Below are positions 24,272 through 36,964 of a DNA stretch of 64,000 nt, in pieces. The first letter of the stretch is position 1. Every line of letters begins with the position of its first letter. The notes beneath the pieces were generated by a model. The model made no database searches and was not told the DNA's origin. It saw nothing but the letters and a program-made list of their open reading frames with translations. Origin of the DNA: Thelocarpon superellum (taxonomy: Eukaryota); contig JAPEUG010000034.1 in NCBI GenBank assembly GCA_026025795.1, forward strand, positions 1-64,000, read 5' to 3'. The position numbers were made by a program, and so were the translations under genes.

Positions 24272-27200
24272 TCACTCGCTGCCAGAGTAGTCTTCCGACG
24301 GCACATCATCGCTGACCACGTCGTCATCCTCGCTCTCGCTGTCGAGATACGCGGGCTTCTTCTTCTGCGCCACGGCACGCCGGGCCGGTCGACTGGGCGC
24401 GGCACGAGCTGGGGCCGGCGCAGCCACGTCCTCGCCAGCCGAGTGGAGGAGATCGTCCGCCATGACGTCGACCTCCTCGTCCGCGGCGGCCGTTGTCTTC
24501 TTCTTGGTCGCTTTGGCTGCGGGCGCTTTCTTGACCGGTGCTTTCTTGGGCTTGGCCACAGCCTTTGGTGCGGCCTTGACTGTGGCCTTTGGCGCAGCCT
24601 TACCGACCGCTTTCTTTCCCGCCTTAGCTGGCGGCGGGATGGGCACGTCCGCGTCCGATTCCTCATTGCCGTCCTCCGAGATGGATGGGGCCGTCAAGTT
24701 AAGGGCCATGGACGGGCGCCCCCCGCTCGGCGGGACAAGTTTCGAGAAATCCGTGTCGTCCGCCGAGGCCTCCATCTCCTTGCGGAGGGAGGGCTTGGAT
24801 CGTGCCTTGTGCAGGCCCGCGCTGCTCCCAGGGCGGGACAGCGAGGCTGAGAAGAGGGGTCGCGATCCGGCAGTGCTGGCACCCACGTCCGCACCCACTG
24901 TCTTCACCATCATCGACACGTCGCCGAGCAGATCGTCGCCATTGTCCGAGTCCGAGTCGCTACTACCGTCATATTTGACTGGCTTGCGCGCCACGGCCCG
25001 CGGGCGCCGCATCGGCGACGGCACGGCTTCGTCAGTCGCCGACGCAGTATCCGCCGGGCCGTCCAGCGCCATGCCATCGGCAGCGACCGGCTTCGGCGGA
25101 GCCGCCTTCGTGGCGGGCGCGGCAGCTTTGGCCGTGGCCTTCTTGGCGCCGCCCGGCGGAGGCGAAAATTGACCGAAAAAGGACGAGGTCACCTTGCTGT
25201 TGGGCGCGACCCGCGTCGCCACGGCCGCCTTCTTGGGCTTGCTCACCCCAAAGTCCGAGTCGTCGGGATCGTCACCCTGCGCCTTGCGCTTCTTCGCCCC
25301 GACCCCCTTGGCTCCGATCTTGAGCTTGTTGGACGCCCGACGCCCGAGTTGGGCCACCTTGCGCTGTCGCTTCCGATCGTCCTCCAGCTGGAAGCGCCAC
25401 TCGGTGATGAACTCGTCCAGGTCGCGCGTCCAGAGATCCTTGACGCTCAGCTTGATCAGCGCGTCAATCTCCTCCTCCTTGTCGCCCACTTGCCGGAGCA
25501 GCTTCTCCACGCGCTCCTTGGTCAGGGACCAGATGGCCATGCCAAGCAGGTAGTCGTAGCCGTTCGCCGCTACTTCACCGGTGTCCTCGCCTGCGCCCTC
25601 GTCCTCGTTCTCCGCCGCTGGCTCCGACTCGCCAGCCTTGGCGGCATCTTTGACCTTGGGGAAGGGCCGGAATTCCTTGCGCTGCAGTTCGAGCACCAGG
25701 TCGCCCTTCTTCTTCTTCGAAACCACCAACTTGCCGTCAATGATCATCTGCACGAAGCGCGCTTGGTTGGTCAAGCGGTCGAGTTCACGCTGCAGCTCGG
25801 CCAGTTGATGGGCCTAGTCCGCAACGTCAGTGGTTGTGGGACGTGAGCGACGCCTCGGCCTAGGATAGGGACGTACCTTGCGTTTCACGTAGAACTCCTT
25901 GCGGTGCGTGAAGAACTCCTTCAAGATGTCGTTGACGCTCTCATATTTCTGGAGCCGGCCGTGACGATCAAAGGCCACGAGGTTGGAGGTGGCGAGGGTC
26001 CGAGATAACTTGAACTTCTCCTCGAGCCCTTCCTCCAGTGCCTTCTTCATGTGCTTCTCCTCCATTTGGATGACAAAGTGCACCTTCACGTGCGTGTTGT
26101 AGTCGGTGTAGTCCTTGATGAAGGATGGCACCTTCTCGGCCTTGATCACTTCCTCGAGCTTGTCCTTGAAGTCCTGCGTCCAGAGGCGGATGGGCAGCTC
26201 CGAGATCTCCACCTCGTTGTCCGCCGTCTGCTGAATCTTGCCACTGAACTTGTACCGGTCGGGGGCGATCTGCTTGACCTCGCCCTCCCAGCCGCGGAAC
26301 CAGGGCATCATGGGCTCGGGCTCCTCGTCGTTGAGCATGCGCCGCAGATTCGTGACAATGTCCTCGGGGTTGTAGTTGGGGATGGACGAGCTCCAGCCGG
26401 TGCCGATGCCGTCGGCCCCGTTGATCAGCACCATAGGCACGACGGGACAGTAGATCTCCGGCTCGATCTGCTCGTTGTCGTCGGTGTTGTACGTGAGCAG
26501 CGGGTCGTCGAGCGGCGAAAAGATGCGTCGGGCAAAGGGCGAGAGGCGAGTGTAGATGTACCGCGCGCTGGCACAGTCGCTGCCGCCCTGCAGCCGACTC
26601 CCAAAGTTGCCGCTCGGCTCGAGGCAGTTGATGTTGTTGCTCCCTACGAACGTCTGCGCCAGCCCGACAATGGTCTGTTGTAGCGACGCCTCGCCGTGGT
26701 GATAGGCCGTGCGCGCCGACACGGACCCAGCCAGCTCGACGACCTTGACGTCCTTGCGCAGGTTCCGCTTGAAGCAGGTATAGAGTACCTTGCGCTGGCC
26801 CGGCTTGAGTCCGTCAATCATGGAGGGGATGGAACGCATGTTATCCGCCATGCTGAAGAGGATGAGCTCCTTGTTGACGAAGTCGGTGTAGGAGATCTTG
26901 TCCATCGAGTGGTCGAGGAAGGTGCCGGGCTTGAACTGCCGCAGCCATTCCTTTCGCTCGTCGGCCTTCTTCTTGGAGAAGGCCAGGTCGATGAGCTTCT
27001 CCTCAGCCTCCTGCATCGTGTGAAACTCCTTGAGATGGCGATCGAGGTCGCGAAAGTAAACCTGCGCGTCCTCCGTCGTGCTAGTGCCCAATCCCTTGTA
27101 GTACTTGTGCTCCCAAGCCCGCTCGTCTTGGTGCTCCTCGCGCCACGCCTCGTATTCGGGCATGGTGAAGAAGGACTTGGACTGCCTCGGGTTCTTCGGG

Positions 27201-29395
27201 TCGCCCTTCCACACCTTGACGATGGGCGTGATGAACTCGATGAGGAATTGGGGGATCTTGAGCAGGCTCGGGAACTGAACCTGCAGGAAGTTGATGAGCA
27301 GGCCCTTGATGTGGCTGCCGTCGTGATCCTGATCCGTCATGATCATGATGTGCCCGTAGCGCAGGCCACGCGTGTCGGTGTACTCCTTCTTATGCTGCAG
27401 GCCGAGAAACTGCTTGATACTCTGAATCTCCGTGTTCTTGGAGATCTGCTCGACCGAGGCGTCGCGCACGTTGAGCAGCTTGCCGCGCAGTGGGAACACG
27501 CCGAATTCGTCGGGCCCGACGACGGAACGACCAGCAATCGCCAGTCCCTTGGCCGACTCTCCCTCGGTGAGGATGAGGGTGCACTTCCAGCCATCGCGGG
27601 TGCCGGCCTTGTTGGCGTCGGTGAGCTTCGGGTTGGTCATGCGCGAGCGGCGGCCACCGTCGCTCTTCTTCAGGGCCTGGTCGGCCTTCTGCTGCGCAAA
27701 GTGCAGGATGTTGGAGACGACCTCGGTGCGGGCGATGTCCTTGAGGAACTTATCGGAGACGGTGCACTTGCTGCCGAACTGGCTGTGCTTGGTCGTGAGC
27801 TGCTCCTTCGTCTGCGAGGTGAAGGCGGGGTTGACGATGGAGCAGTTGACGAAGAGGAAGATGTGATTACGGATCTGGTTGTTCTTGAGGATGGCGCCCT
27901 TGGGGTTCTTCTTCTTCACGACTTCCAGGAGCTTGGTCACGATCTGGTCGCCAATGTAGTTGACGTGCGTGCCGCCCGACGTGGTGGCGATGGAGTTGAC
28001 AAAGGAGACCTGCTGGAAGGAGCCGTCGGATACGGCGAAGCCGATCTCCCAGCGCTCGTCGGGCTTCTCCGTGATGATGGTGCCGACGGTCTCCTTGACG
28101 TCGCCTTCTCCCTCGGCGCCGTCGGCATTGGCGTTGCTCTCTTTTTTGATGGCCTTGACGTACATCTCGACGTACTGCTTGAAGTTGCGAATCTTGATGC
28201 GCTCGCCATTGAGCAGCACCCTGACGCCGTGCACCGTACCAGCCAGATCGTAGACACGGCGCTTGACGAGGGCCTCGAAGTCGTCGTCGATGCCCGTCAT
28301 GCCGAACTTGGCGAAGTCGGGCAGGAAGGTGACCTTGGTATAGTCGTCGCTCTTGTTGGCTGTAATCTTGGCCTTGCCAATCTTGCTCATATTGGCCGTC
28401 CAGGTCTGCTTGTACTTCTGATGCGAGCGCGAGTCGGCCGTCTCGAGGGCGAATTCGGTGCTGAAGATGTTGCACAGCTTGGCACCGTAGCCGTTGCGGC
28501 CGCCGGTGATCTTCTTTTGGTCGTCGTCGTAGTTGGAGGATGTGAGCAGGTTCCCGAAGATCATCTCCGGGATGTACATCTTCTCCTTCTGGTGAATCTC
28601 GATGGGAATACCCCGGCCGTTGTTCCACACGCTGATCTCGCCCTTCTCGCGATCGATGGTGACCTTGATAGCGTCCATGTTCTTGTCGCGATGCTTATTG
28701 TCGGCCGCGTTGACGAGGATCTCGTCGAAGATCTTGTACAGACCAGGGACGAAGCTGATCTCGCGCATCTCCATGGACTCGGTCTGGGAGTTGAAGACCC
28801 ACATCTGCTTCTCTGTGCGCTCAACGGAGCCGATGTACGTGTCGGGTCGTTTCAAGATGTGCTCGAGTTGCGTGAGTCGTTGGTACTGTTCGGAGGCGGT
28901 TCCCGTCCCAGCTCCGGTCCCGCTCGGGCCGCTGGGCTTCTTGGGTTTGGCATCGTCCGTACCATCGGCTCCGCCAACTTCGTTCTCAATGGCGTGCAGA
29001 GGCTTGCCGGCGCTCTTCTTGGGCGGGGCCGTCTTCTGCTTCTTGGCGCTGGGTGGGGTGATGGACAACAAGGAATCGTCGTGCATCGAGGTCCGATCCA
29101 CGTCTGACTGTTCATCGTCGCTGATGGGCTTCGCCCGTTTCTTGGGCGCGGCCGCGGCAGCCTTGGGCTTCGCCGTCGTCTGCGCGGTTTTCTTGGCGGG
29201 CGCGGCTTTCTTGGGGCCGGGTTTGGCCTTGGCTTTGCCGGCCGCTTTCTGTACGGCATCGTCAGTCTATCGGCGCGAGCCGTTACCGCAATGGTCGAGC
29301 AGGGGTCGACGCACCGTCACGGCCACGGGGGAGAAGTTGTCGGAGCTGGCCCCATAGTCGTCAAAGACAGAATCCTCCATGATGGAAGAGGCCAT
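24272..29395 (-). CDS. TOP2: DNA topoisomerase II
   Basis: EHILKRPDTYIGS, GGRNGYGAKL, LTEGESA, PLRGK, MTDQDHDGSHIKGL, YYKGLGTS and catalytic ASARYI. Start MASSIMEDS at 29395; introns near 29250-29314 and 25815-25876. Confidence 0.98.
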
Positions 29396-30351
29396 TGCAG
29401 GATCCGCGGGAAGCAAGGGTCGTCAAGAGCGTTGGGCCATCTAACGCCCAATGGTACGCGAATGAGAGGTGAACCGCTTCACTCACTCTGCAGATGATAT
29501 GTGGAACGGAGGTGTGGAGGAGAACAAAGTGGGCGTGTGGTTGAGACACCGTCCGTTTCGGTGTTTGTTTTGTTTGGGGCCGGCGATTATGGGGAGGATT
29601 GCGACTTCGGTAACCGACCTTACGTAACCAATCGGTCGTTGTTGGTTGTTGATAGCCACGGAGTTTCGAGTAGCGTCGCGCAGCCCGTCCTGTGTGCGGA
29701 ATGCGAGAGCGCACAATGGTGCGGACGCAACCGTTGTCTGTTGCATGCTTAACGCAGGCTGTCTCGGCCCCTTGTCAGGTGACCAATGAGGTGTCAAAGT
29801 TGGAGTTGAGAAGAACCCTCATTATCAATAGTCGTGCGTCTCATTGCGATCATGAGCCTTGTTTACCACGTCTGGCCTGTACAATTTAGAAGTGAGGTCA
29901 GCGGCCTGCGCAGAATGACATTGACCCGCGTGTCCGGCTGTTGGCGAGGGAGTGACTGAGCCAATTGTGAGCTCCAGAAGCTTTCTTTGTGCGTCTTACG
30001 GGGACGGCTGCGTGTCGGATTAGGCCCGCGTATCAGGTGATCAGCTTGTCACAGCTAGAGGGGAACACGTTCTGCCCCGCTCAGTGGCAGAGGCGCCCAA
30101 GGGCCGGCATATGACAGATCTTGTCCGAGGTGCGCCGTGTCGATCGGCCTTTGTCACCAACTATGCCTCAGCTGGCACTAAGTCGTGCCGCTCTGTAGTA
30201 ATACCTACGAGTAGGTCATACGCAGATCGTACAAGCCTACCATACATAGTATGTGACGGCGCGAGAAGACGAGACGCCATCAAAGCATCTCGTAACCATC
30301 AAGTCCTGGTTTGCCCTCCGCACCTCGGCCCAATCCATCGAGTAACTAGTC

Positions 30352-31035
30352 ATGGCCAACACCGTCGGTGATCAGGACGAGGGTCGCGCCCGAAAGCGAG
30401 GCCGATCGTTTTTTTCGCGGCTGACGACGCTGAATCTGTGGACGCCGATGCTGAAAGACTGTAACCAGGACGTCGATCTGAGTTTCCAGCAAGCTGACAA
30501 TCTCTTCCGATGGCAGCTGGCCTCGGAGCATTCAAGGCAGCTGAACGAGCTTTCCTGCTTCATGTGCAGCATCGTGGAGAGCAAGTACCAGTCGCGCGAG
30601 GCCTACAAGGGTCTGCTCCAGGCCGGTGTCCTCTGCCCCGGTCGCGGCGACCTTGATACAACACGCATCGACAAGAACTTCACTCATCACCTGGCCACGA
30701 TCCCCCTATTCCGCCAGCGCAAGATTATCGGCATGCTCTTCCACTGGGAGGAGGAGCTGACACGGTGGCGGCTTCTGGACGAGGAGGAGTCAGAGATTCG
30801 GCAGGTCATGCAGGCGGTGGGGTTCGATGACGAAAATTGCGTTGTGGGGCTGGCCGCTATTGCGTGCAAGAGACGCCTTGCGCTAAGCGAGCGGGTTGAG
30901 CAGACTTCTCAGGCGGAGCCGCCAGGCTATGCCACCGCCGTGGAGCAAGGCGCTCGGCAGGTTAATTCGCGCAGCCACAGCCCGCCCACGGATACCCTGG
31001 CGGCGTGCCCGACGAGCCTGAGTGATCAGGGCTGA
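30352..31035 (+). CDS. Hypothetical protein (227 aa), divergent from TOP2
   Basis: Single ORF with coding-like codon usage and a globular core (FRQRKIIGMLFHWEEELTRWRLLDEEE); no family recognised. Confidence 0.7.
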   Translation: MANTVGDQDEGRARKRGRSFFSRLTTLNLWTPMLKDCNQDVDLSFQQADNLFRWQLASEHSRQLNELSCFMCSIVESKYQSREAYKGLLQAGVLCPGRGDLDTTRIDKNFTHHLATIPLFRQRKIIGMLFHWEEELTRWRLLDEEESEIRQVMQAVGFDDENCVVGLAAIACKRRLALSERVEQTSQAEPPGYATAVEQGARQVNSRSHSPPTDTLAACPTSLSDQG

Positions 31036-32559
31036 ATGCCGGTGGAAATGCGCCACGAAGATAATTCGAGAGATGCTCAGTTTATCCTTGTTCTTCAGTA
31101 TATTTCTCCCTCTTGTACAAGTAGTCGTTATGCTTTGAGCCGTTCAAAATGCTTAATCCATACTTGATTCCGCTCAGATGGAGCCCCTCATCACTTCGGT
31201 ACCTTGCCATCTCTCCTCCACATCAGAATGCACACGTTCCCGTGTTCGGGACGATGATGGTCGGGTGAGAAGTATCGAGACGTATGAAATCATTCGTACG
31301 CATCATTGTGGAAGGTTTTACGTCCGCCAAATGAAGGATAGGAAACAAACACGAAAGACAAGCGTTGGATATCTTGCGTCACGCCGATGACGTTCGCAGA
31401 ACTAATCATTCGTCCTGGGTCAGCTTGACATGAATCCAATCGGACACAGATGACGTACTGACCGTCGAACCTCCATTCTGTGCATGATGGAATCCCCTGC
31501 AGCGAAACTCACGAGGAGGTAGGGTGGAGGCGGTGGGAGGAGGCGGTGGGAGGGGGCGCTGCGACATCATGCGACAGTTTGCGATAGCGAGGCGGAGAAA
31601 GTAGTGCTTCAAGAGCAACTACCAGCAACTTTCGGCCTCGGGCGGTGCGTCGGCGCAGCCGACGACGTGGCGTGAGTGGCTCCGGCAGTGGTTCGCCTTT
31701 GGCCCTCGTCACCTGTCACGCGTCGTCAGCATGTCCGTGTCGCAGGCACTTCAGGCGATTCAGCCAGCCCCTGAGCTCGGTACCGCGACCACTTCAACTT
31801 TACTAGTGCAGAGTGGAGTCGAACAATAGGAGGCCACGGAGAAGACCGTAGTGCCGGCGCCAAGGCCAGACCTTACTCATGGGTCCGACGAGGGCTCGTA
31901 CAGAAGTTGGCGGACCGTAGGATAGGGAGTGGACAGGCGTGGGGAATCTCTAAGATTACGATGTTGGCCCCCTATGCGAGAGCGCGCCGACGCCATGGCA
32001 TAATCTTAGCCCGGCCGAGCGTACGAATGGGGCGATGGGACTGAAACGGAGGTCGCGTGTGATTGGCCGCATAATCCATCATGGTCCATGGCAACACCAC
32101 CCTCACAGACACCCTCGCCGTCTCGTCCCTGTCTCGTGCTACGAGTACCACTTTACCACCATCTCCCTGCAGTGGACGATCGGTCCTCTCCTTTAGCTCC
32201 TCGACTGGATTGGACCTGGACGTTCCTCTCGCTGGTCTTCTTTCGCTCCCTCCCCCTCTTTCTCGCGTTCGTCGCCTTCGGCCTTCGTCTTTCCTCGTGC
32301 CTTCATCTTCTTCCGCCGGCCTCGATGGCTGGCTCCATGGTACGGACGGGGTAAATTGGTGCATTTGTGCTTGTCTCCCAACGTGCCTCGCGTCCTTCCT
32401 TTGTCGACCCACGAGGACTTCGACGTCATTCATTGACCTCCATCCAGCCTCGCGGTCGACCGCATAATTCATGCCCAGCCCCAAACATTCGGATCTACTG
32501 CTGGTGCGTTCTTAAGAGGCCCGCGCGCAACCAAACATCCTCTTGTCCGCGAGCTCGCC

Positions 32560-35500
32560 ATGGCCGACGCCAACATTACCCCCGACCACGAGGCCCGACC
32601 ACATTCCACACCGTGCGAGCCGGAGCAGGAGATGGAGCTGCCAGTGTTGTCCCCTATGCTCGGCGAGCACCCAGGACGGACAACCGACTCCATGATCACC
32701 GTGCCGCTGTACGAACTCGATCCGCCTGTGGGAATGGTCCAATCGCCCGAAGACCTCACCCAGCCCTCTATCCATGCTTTCCCCCCCATGCCACGTCCCG
32801 ACGACCAGGATCCCTCCGTTGGCACGAACGAACCCTCCGCGTCCACCACGTTCGAGGCCGAGCTCCATCCCCACTTTCACCACGGCACTCATGACGACCA
32901 TGACGTCGCACCTCCCGGACCGGATGGCGACGAGACGGAGGACGAGAAGCTTGAGGACGAGACTGTGGTGGTGGAGCCATCATCAGACGCACGGTCCGAG
33001 CACTTGGAAGATATGACGGATGACGACTCGTCCTCCGACGCTGCGACCGACCCGGATCGTCCTCACAGTGCTTCGGACGTCAACTCCTCGGATACGGGCG
33101 GGGAGGTCGATTGGGAGGAGCTCGAACGAAATGAGGAACAAGAGCCACGCGATGAGGCCTCGGACGAGGTGAGTAAGCCTGGGCTTCGCTCATTGTGATG
33201 CACGACTGACCCTCCTTAGTCCACCGCCTTCCTCCTCGCACGCCTGGAACAGGAGAACAACGCGCTCGCCATCGACCCTAAAGCCGGCCTATCGAAGCCG
33301 GTCGAGGGCGTCCAAAAGCGTAGTAAATCGCGACCGCCGTCGATCCACCAACTCCGCAAGCTGGTCAACGAACCAACGCGGTCATCGCTACGCTATTCGA
33401 CGCTCCCCAGTCCCCCACCCATGACCGACTTGGACTTCTACGCGGCGCTGGTGGCCGACTTCCCCAAGACGGCGCAGCGACTGCCCACGCTCCTCTCAAA
33501 CAAGATCCGGAGCGGCATCCCACCACCGTTGCGGGGCGTGGTCTGGGTCAGCATGGCCGGTGCCCGCGATCGGGCCCTCGAAGATCAATACCAGCGGCTC
33601 GCCAACGAGACCTCGCCCTACGAGCACCTGATCGGCAAGGACATCGGCCGCAGCTTTCCCGAGGTCGAGATGTTCCGGGACAGCAAGGGGGAGGGGCAGC
33701 AGATGTTGGGGCGGGTGTTGAAGTGCTTTAGTCTGTACGACGAGAAGATTGGCTACTGCCAGGGTCTGGGCTTCCTCGTCGGCCCTCTGCTCATGCACAT
33801 GGGCGAACGCGAGGCCTTTTGCGTCCTGGTGCGGCTAATGGAGCACTATGGGCTCCGCGCCTGTTTTCTCCCGGACCTCTCGGGGTTGCACCTCCGCATC
33901 TTCCAATTCCAGGAGCTCCTTGGGCAGCAACTCCCCACCCTGGCGGCGCACCTTGACCGGCTGCAGATCGAGGCGGGATACGTGTCGCAATGGTTCCTCT
34001 CCTTCTTCGCCGTCACTTGCCCGCTGCCGATGCTCTTCCGCATCTACGATGTCATCCTGGCCGAGGGGGCGTCGGAGACGTTGATGCGGGTGGCGCTGTC
34101 GCTCATGCGACGGAACGAGGGCAAGATCCTGGCCTGCACCGAGGTGGAGGACGTGATGCAGCTGTTGCTCTCGCGCGGCCTGTGGGACGCATACGCGGAC
34201 CAGGCGGATGACCTGGTGAACGACTTCGTCGGCCTGACGGGCGTGGTGACGCACGAGAGTCTGGAGGCGCTCGAGACGGCCTTCACGGAGACGACGCCGG
34301 ACGCGGCGGCACGGACGGGATCGCTGCCGGACTTTCAAGCCGTGGCGTCACGCTTTCTGGGCCGGCTGTGGGCGGGGCCGGCGACGACTAGCAAGCCCAC
34401 GGGGCTCAGCCCGCTGACGACGACGACGACATCGTCGTCGCGACCGCACAGCTTCCTCCAACGCAGTCCGTCGAAGCACAGCATCGCGTCGACGCTCAAT
34501 TCGACCGAGGGCGGATCGGACGGCAGCGCCAGCACGGTGCCGACGGAAGTGTCGGGCATGTCGCGGCAAGCGTCGGTGGCGGAGTCACTGGCCAAGCTGC
34601 ACCCCATCGCGACGACTTTTGCGGCCCCGGCGGCGTCACGGAGCCAGGGCAAGGATCGCGACGCGGATGGACAGATTGAGGATCTGCTGACGGCCTTGAG
34701 CGAGATGCAGCGTGACCAGGCCGTCCTCGCCAACGAGCTGCAGCGTGAACGCGAGGAGCGTGAGGAGGATCGCAAGGTGGCGACGCTGTTGGTCGACCGG
34801 CTTAGACAGCGCGGGCCCCTCCAGACGGTGCCGGAAGATGAAGATCCGATGTCGCCGCGGGCCACCGCGGCCGGGGCGGAGACGTCGGTGCCGATGAGTC
34901 CCACGCCCGATCTCGACGGCGTCCCTGAGCTTCTCGACCTTGTGGAGCAGCGGTTCGCGGTCCGGCCGGATCCACGGCGGTCGTCGATCTTGGAGAGCAA
35001 ACATCAGCTGCGCGACGAGCTGCGACGGTCCAAGGAGCAGTACCACGTGGAGATGTCGCGGAGCCAGGATCTGGGGCGACAGCTGGCGGACCAGGAACAG
35101 CACGCGGCGCAATTGCGCGAGCAGCTCAAGGAGGCCCGCTCGCTAGTGCAGGAAGGGCAGCGGGAGAAGCAGCGGCTGGAGCAGTCGATGCAGGAGCTCC
35201 GCGCGCGCAAGCCGACGCCGCTGGCCATCGACAGCAGCGCCGCTGCCGAGACCGGATCCTCCCTGGACGCGACGGAGGCGCGGTTATCCGTGGCGGGCGG
35301 TCTGCGGGAACTCAGGCTGAGCAAGCCCACGACGCCCGTCTTCTCGAAGCGTACCAGCAGCCTCCACGCACTGGCGGGCGCGACGCCAGAGCCGGAGCCG
35401 GAGCGGTCGGCGGACGAGCAAAGTCTCTTGGTCGAGCTGGTCCACTCTAAGACGGCAGAGGCGGTGGCGAAGCAAGAGGCCGAGGAGCTGCGGGCGAAGC

Positions 35501-35823
35501 TGGAGTCGCTGCGCAAGATGATCGGCGGCGGACTCGGGGCCAGTCCGTCGGCGGCGGCGACGACGACGGGTCATCGGCCTAGCCCGAGCCAACCCAACAT
35601 CGAGAAGAGCGCGACGCTGAGCTCCTTCAGCTCCTACCTCAACTCGGTCAAACCCGCGAGCGCGGTCGCCGTGACGGGCGATGCATCGGCCTCGACGGCG
35701 ACGCCGACGCCGACACCGGCTTCGATGGCGGGAGGATTCTGGGGCGGGTGGGGAAAGCGATCGCTGTCGAGCGCGGTGTCGGCGGTAGCGGCGGTGTCGA
35801 CGGTGTCGACGGAGTCTTCGTGA
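32560..35823 (+). CDS. Rab GTPase-activating protein with TBC domain and coiled coils (Gyp5-like)
   Basis: GIPPPLRGVVW, IGKDIGRSFP (Arg finger) and GYCQGLGF (Gln finger); one intron at 33169-33219; long coiled-coil C-terminus. Confidence 0.93.
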
Positions 35824-36735
35824 GACCAGCGATGGGCGATCGCCGGCCGGCCTGCGCCTTGGTCTGTATCTGACGCAATTTGAGCGAGTGAGGGTAATTT
35901 ACCGGCGTCTTGTTCCGGTCGTGTCCATGTCTGGGCTACGGAGTATCTTCGTGTGGGTATGGCGGCTACACTTCTTCCTCGAGTCTTGAATGAGATGTTA
36001 CATGAACCGGACCGACCTCAGACTCGTAAACATGACCATGGCCGTGACACGAGGTGGTCTTTCGCCGCGGAATCGTAGTGCAACGGCAGGTGTTGACGGC
36101 GGGCCAATGTCTCGAATGCCTCGAGCACAATGTGTCTAGCACTGGATGTACTCGTCTTCCCGTCTCTCACTCTGCGACCCTCCCTCATCTTCACGGCGCA
36201 AACCGGCCGAGATTTAATGATGGGACGTATCTTTCACCGTCGAACGTCGGCGCTGGACGAGGAGGTGGACGGGCGCGATGGAAAGACAGCACAGTAGAGG
36301 CGAGACACGCCAGCACTGAGGACATTATTGGGCGAACGCGAGGTCCTACGGCATCCCAGCATCCCGGCGTGCCAGCGTCCCAACGGGGCATAGCCTGCCG
36401 CTTTGCCTGTCTGCCTGCCTGCCCGCCTACCGCGACCACGTACGGCGTGCGCGCTTGCAATCCATCGCGCGCAAGATCCCACCACATCCAATGCCCTCGA
36501 GTAGGACAAGAACAAGCTACGTGGAGTCCCAGTGCCAGTGGCAGTGCCAGCGGATGACGCCGTCGACGAACAAGCGTTGCTGCATGACCATCCCCGTCCG
36601 ACGATAGCCCGGCCCTTCTCACGCCCGCACGCCCGCACGCCCTGACGCCCGCGCGCGCGCTCGACCTCTCCACCGTGACGGCGCCGCTCCACTGCGCCTC
36701 GCCAATCATCCGTTCCAGACACGTCCATCTCGCAA

Positions 36736-36798
36736 CAGCACCCAGCACCCAGCACCCAGCACCCAGCACCCAGCACCTAGCACTCAGCACCCAACACC
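36736..36798. repeat. Tandem heptamer (CAGCACC) x9
   Basis: Six perfect units followed by TAGCACT, CAGCACC and CAACACC, about 170 bp upstream of the ATG at 36965. Confidence 0.9.
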
Positions 36799-36964
36799 CG
36801 TCGTGCGCGCCGCCGCCTCCCGGTGCACCGTCTGCTGGTGCAGCAGCACGAGGCCGAGTCTGCTCGACCCGCCACCCCGCCGCTCCCTCCATCGGGTCTC
36901 CCTGTCCCACCCTACTCCGCCTTGAGCTGCCCCTCCCTGTCCCCGGTCGACCAATGACGATGCG

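Noticed and set aside
26696..29107. 803-aa plus-strand ORF
   Set aside because: Antisense shadow of TOP2 caused by strong GC3 codon bias; no protein-like features of its own.
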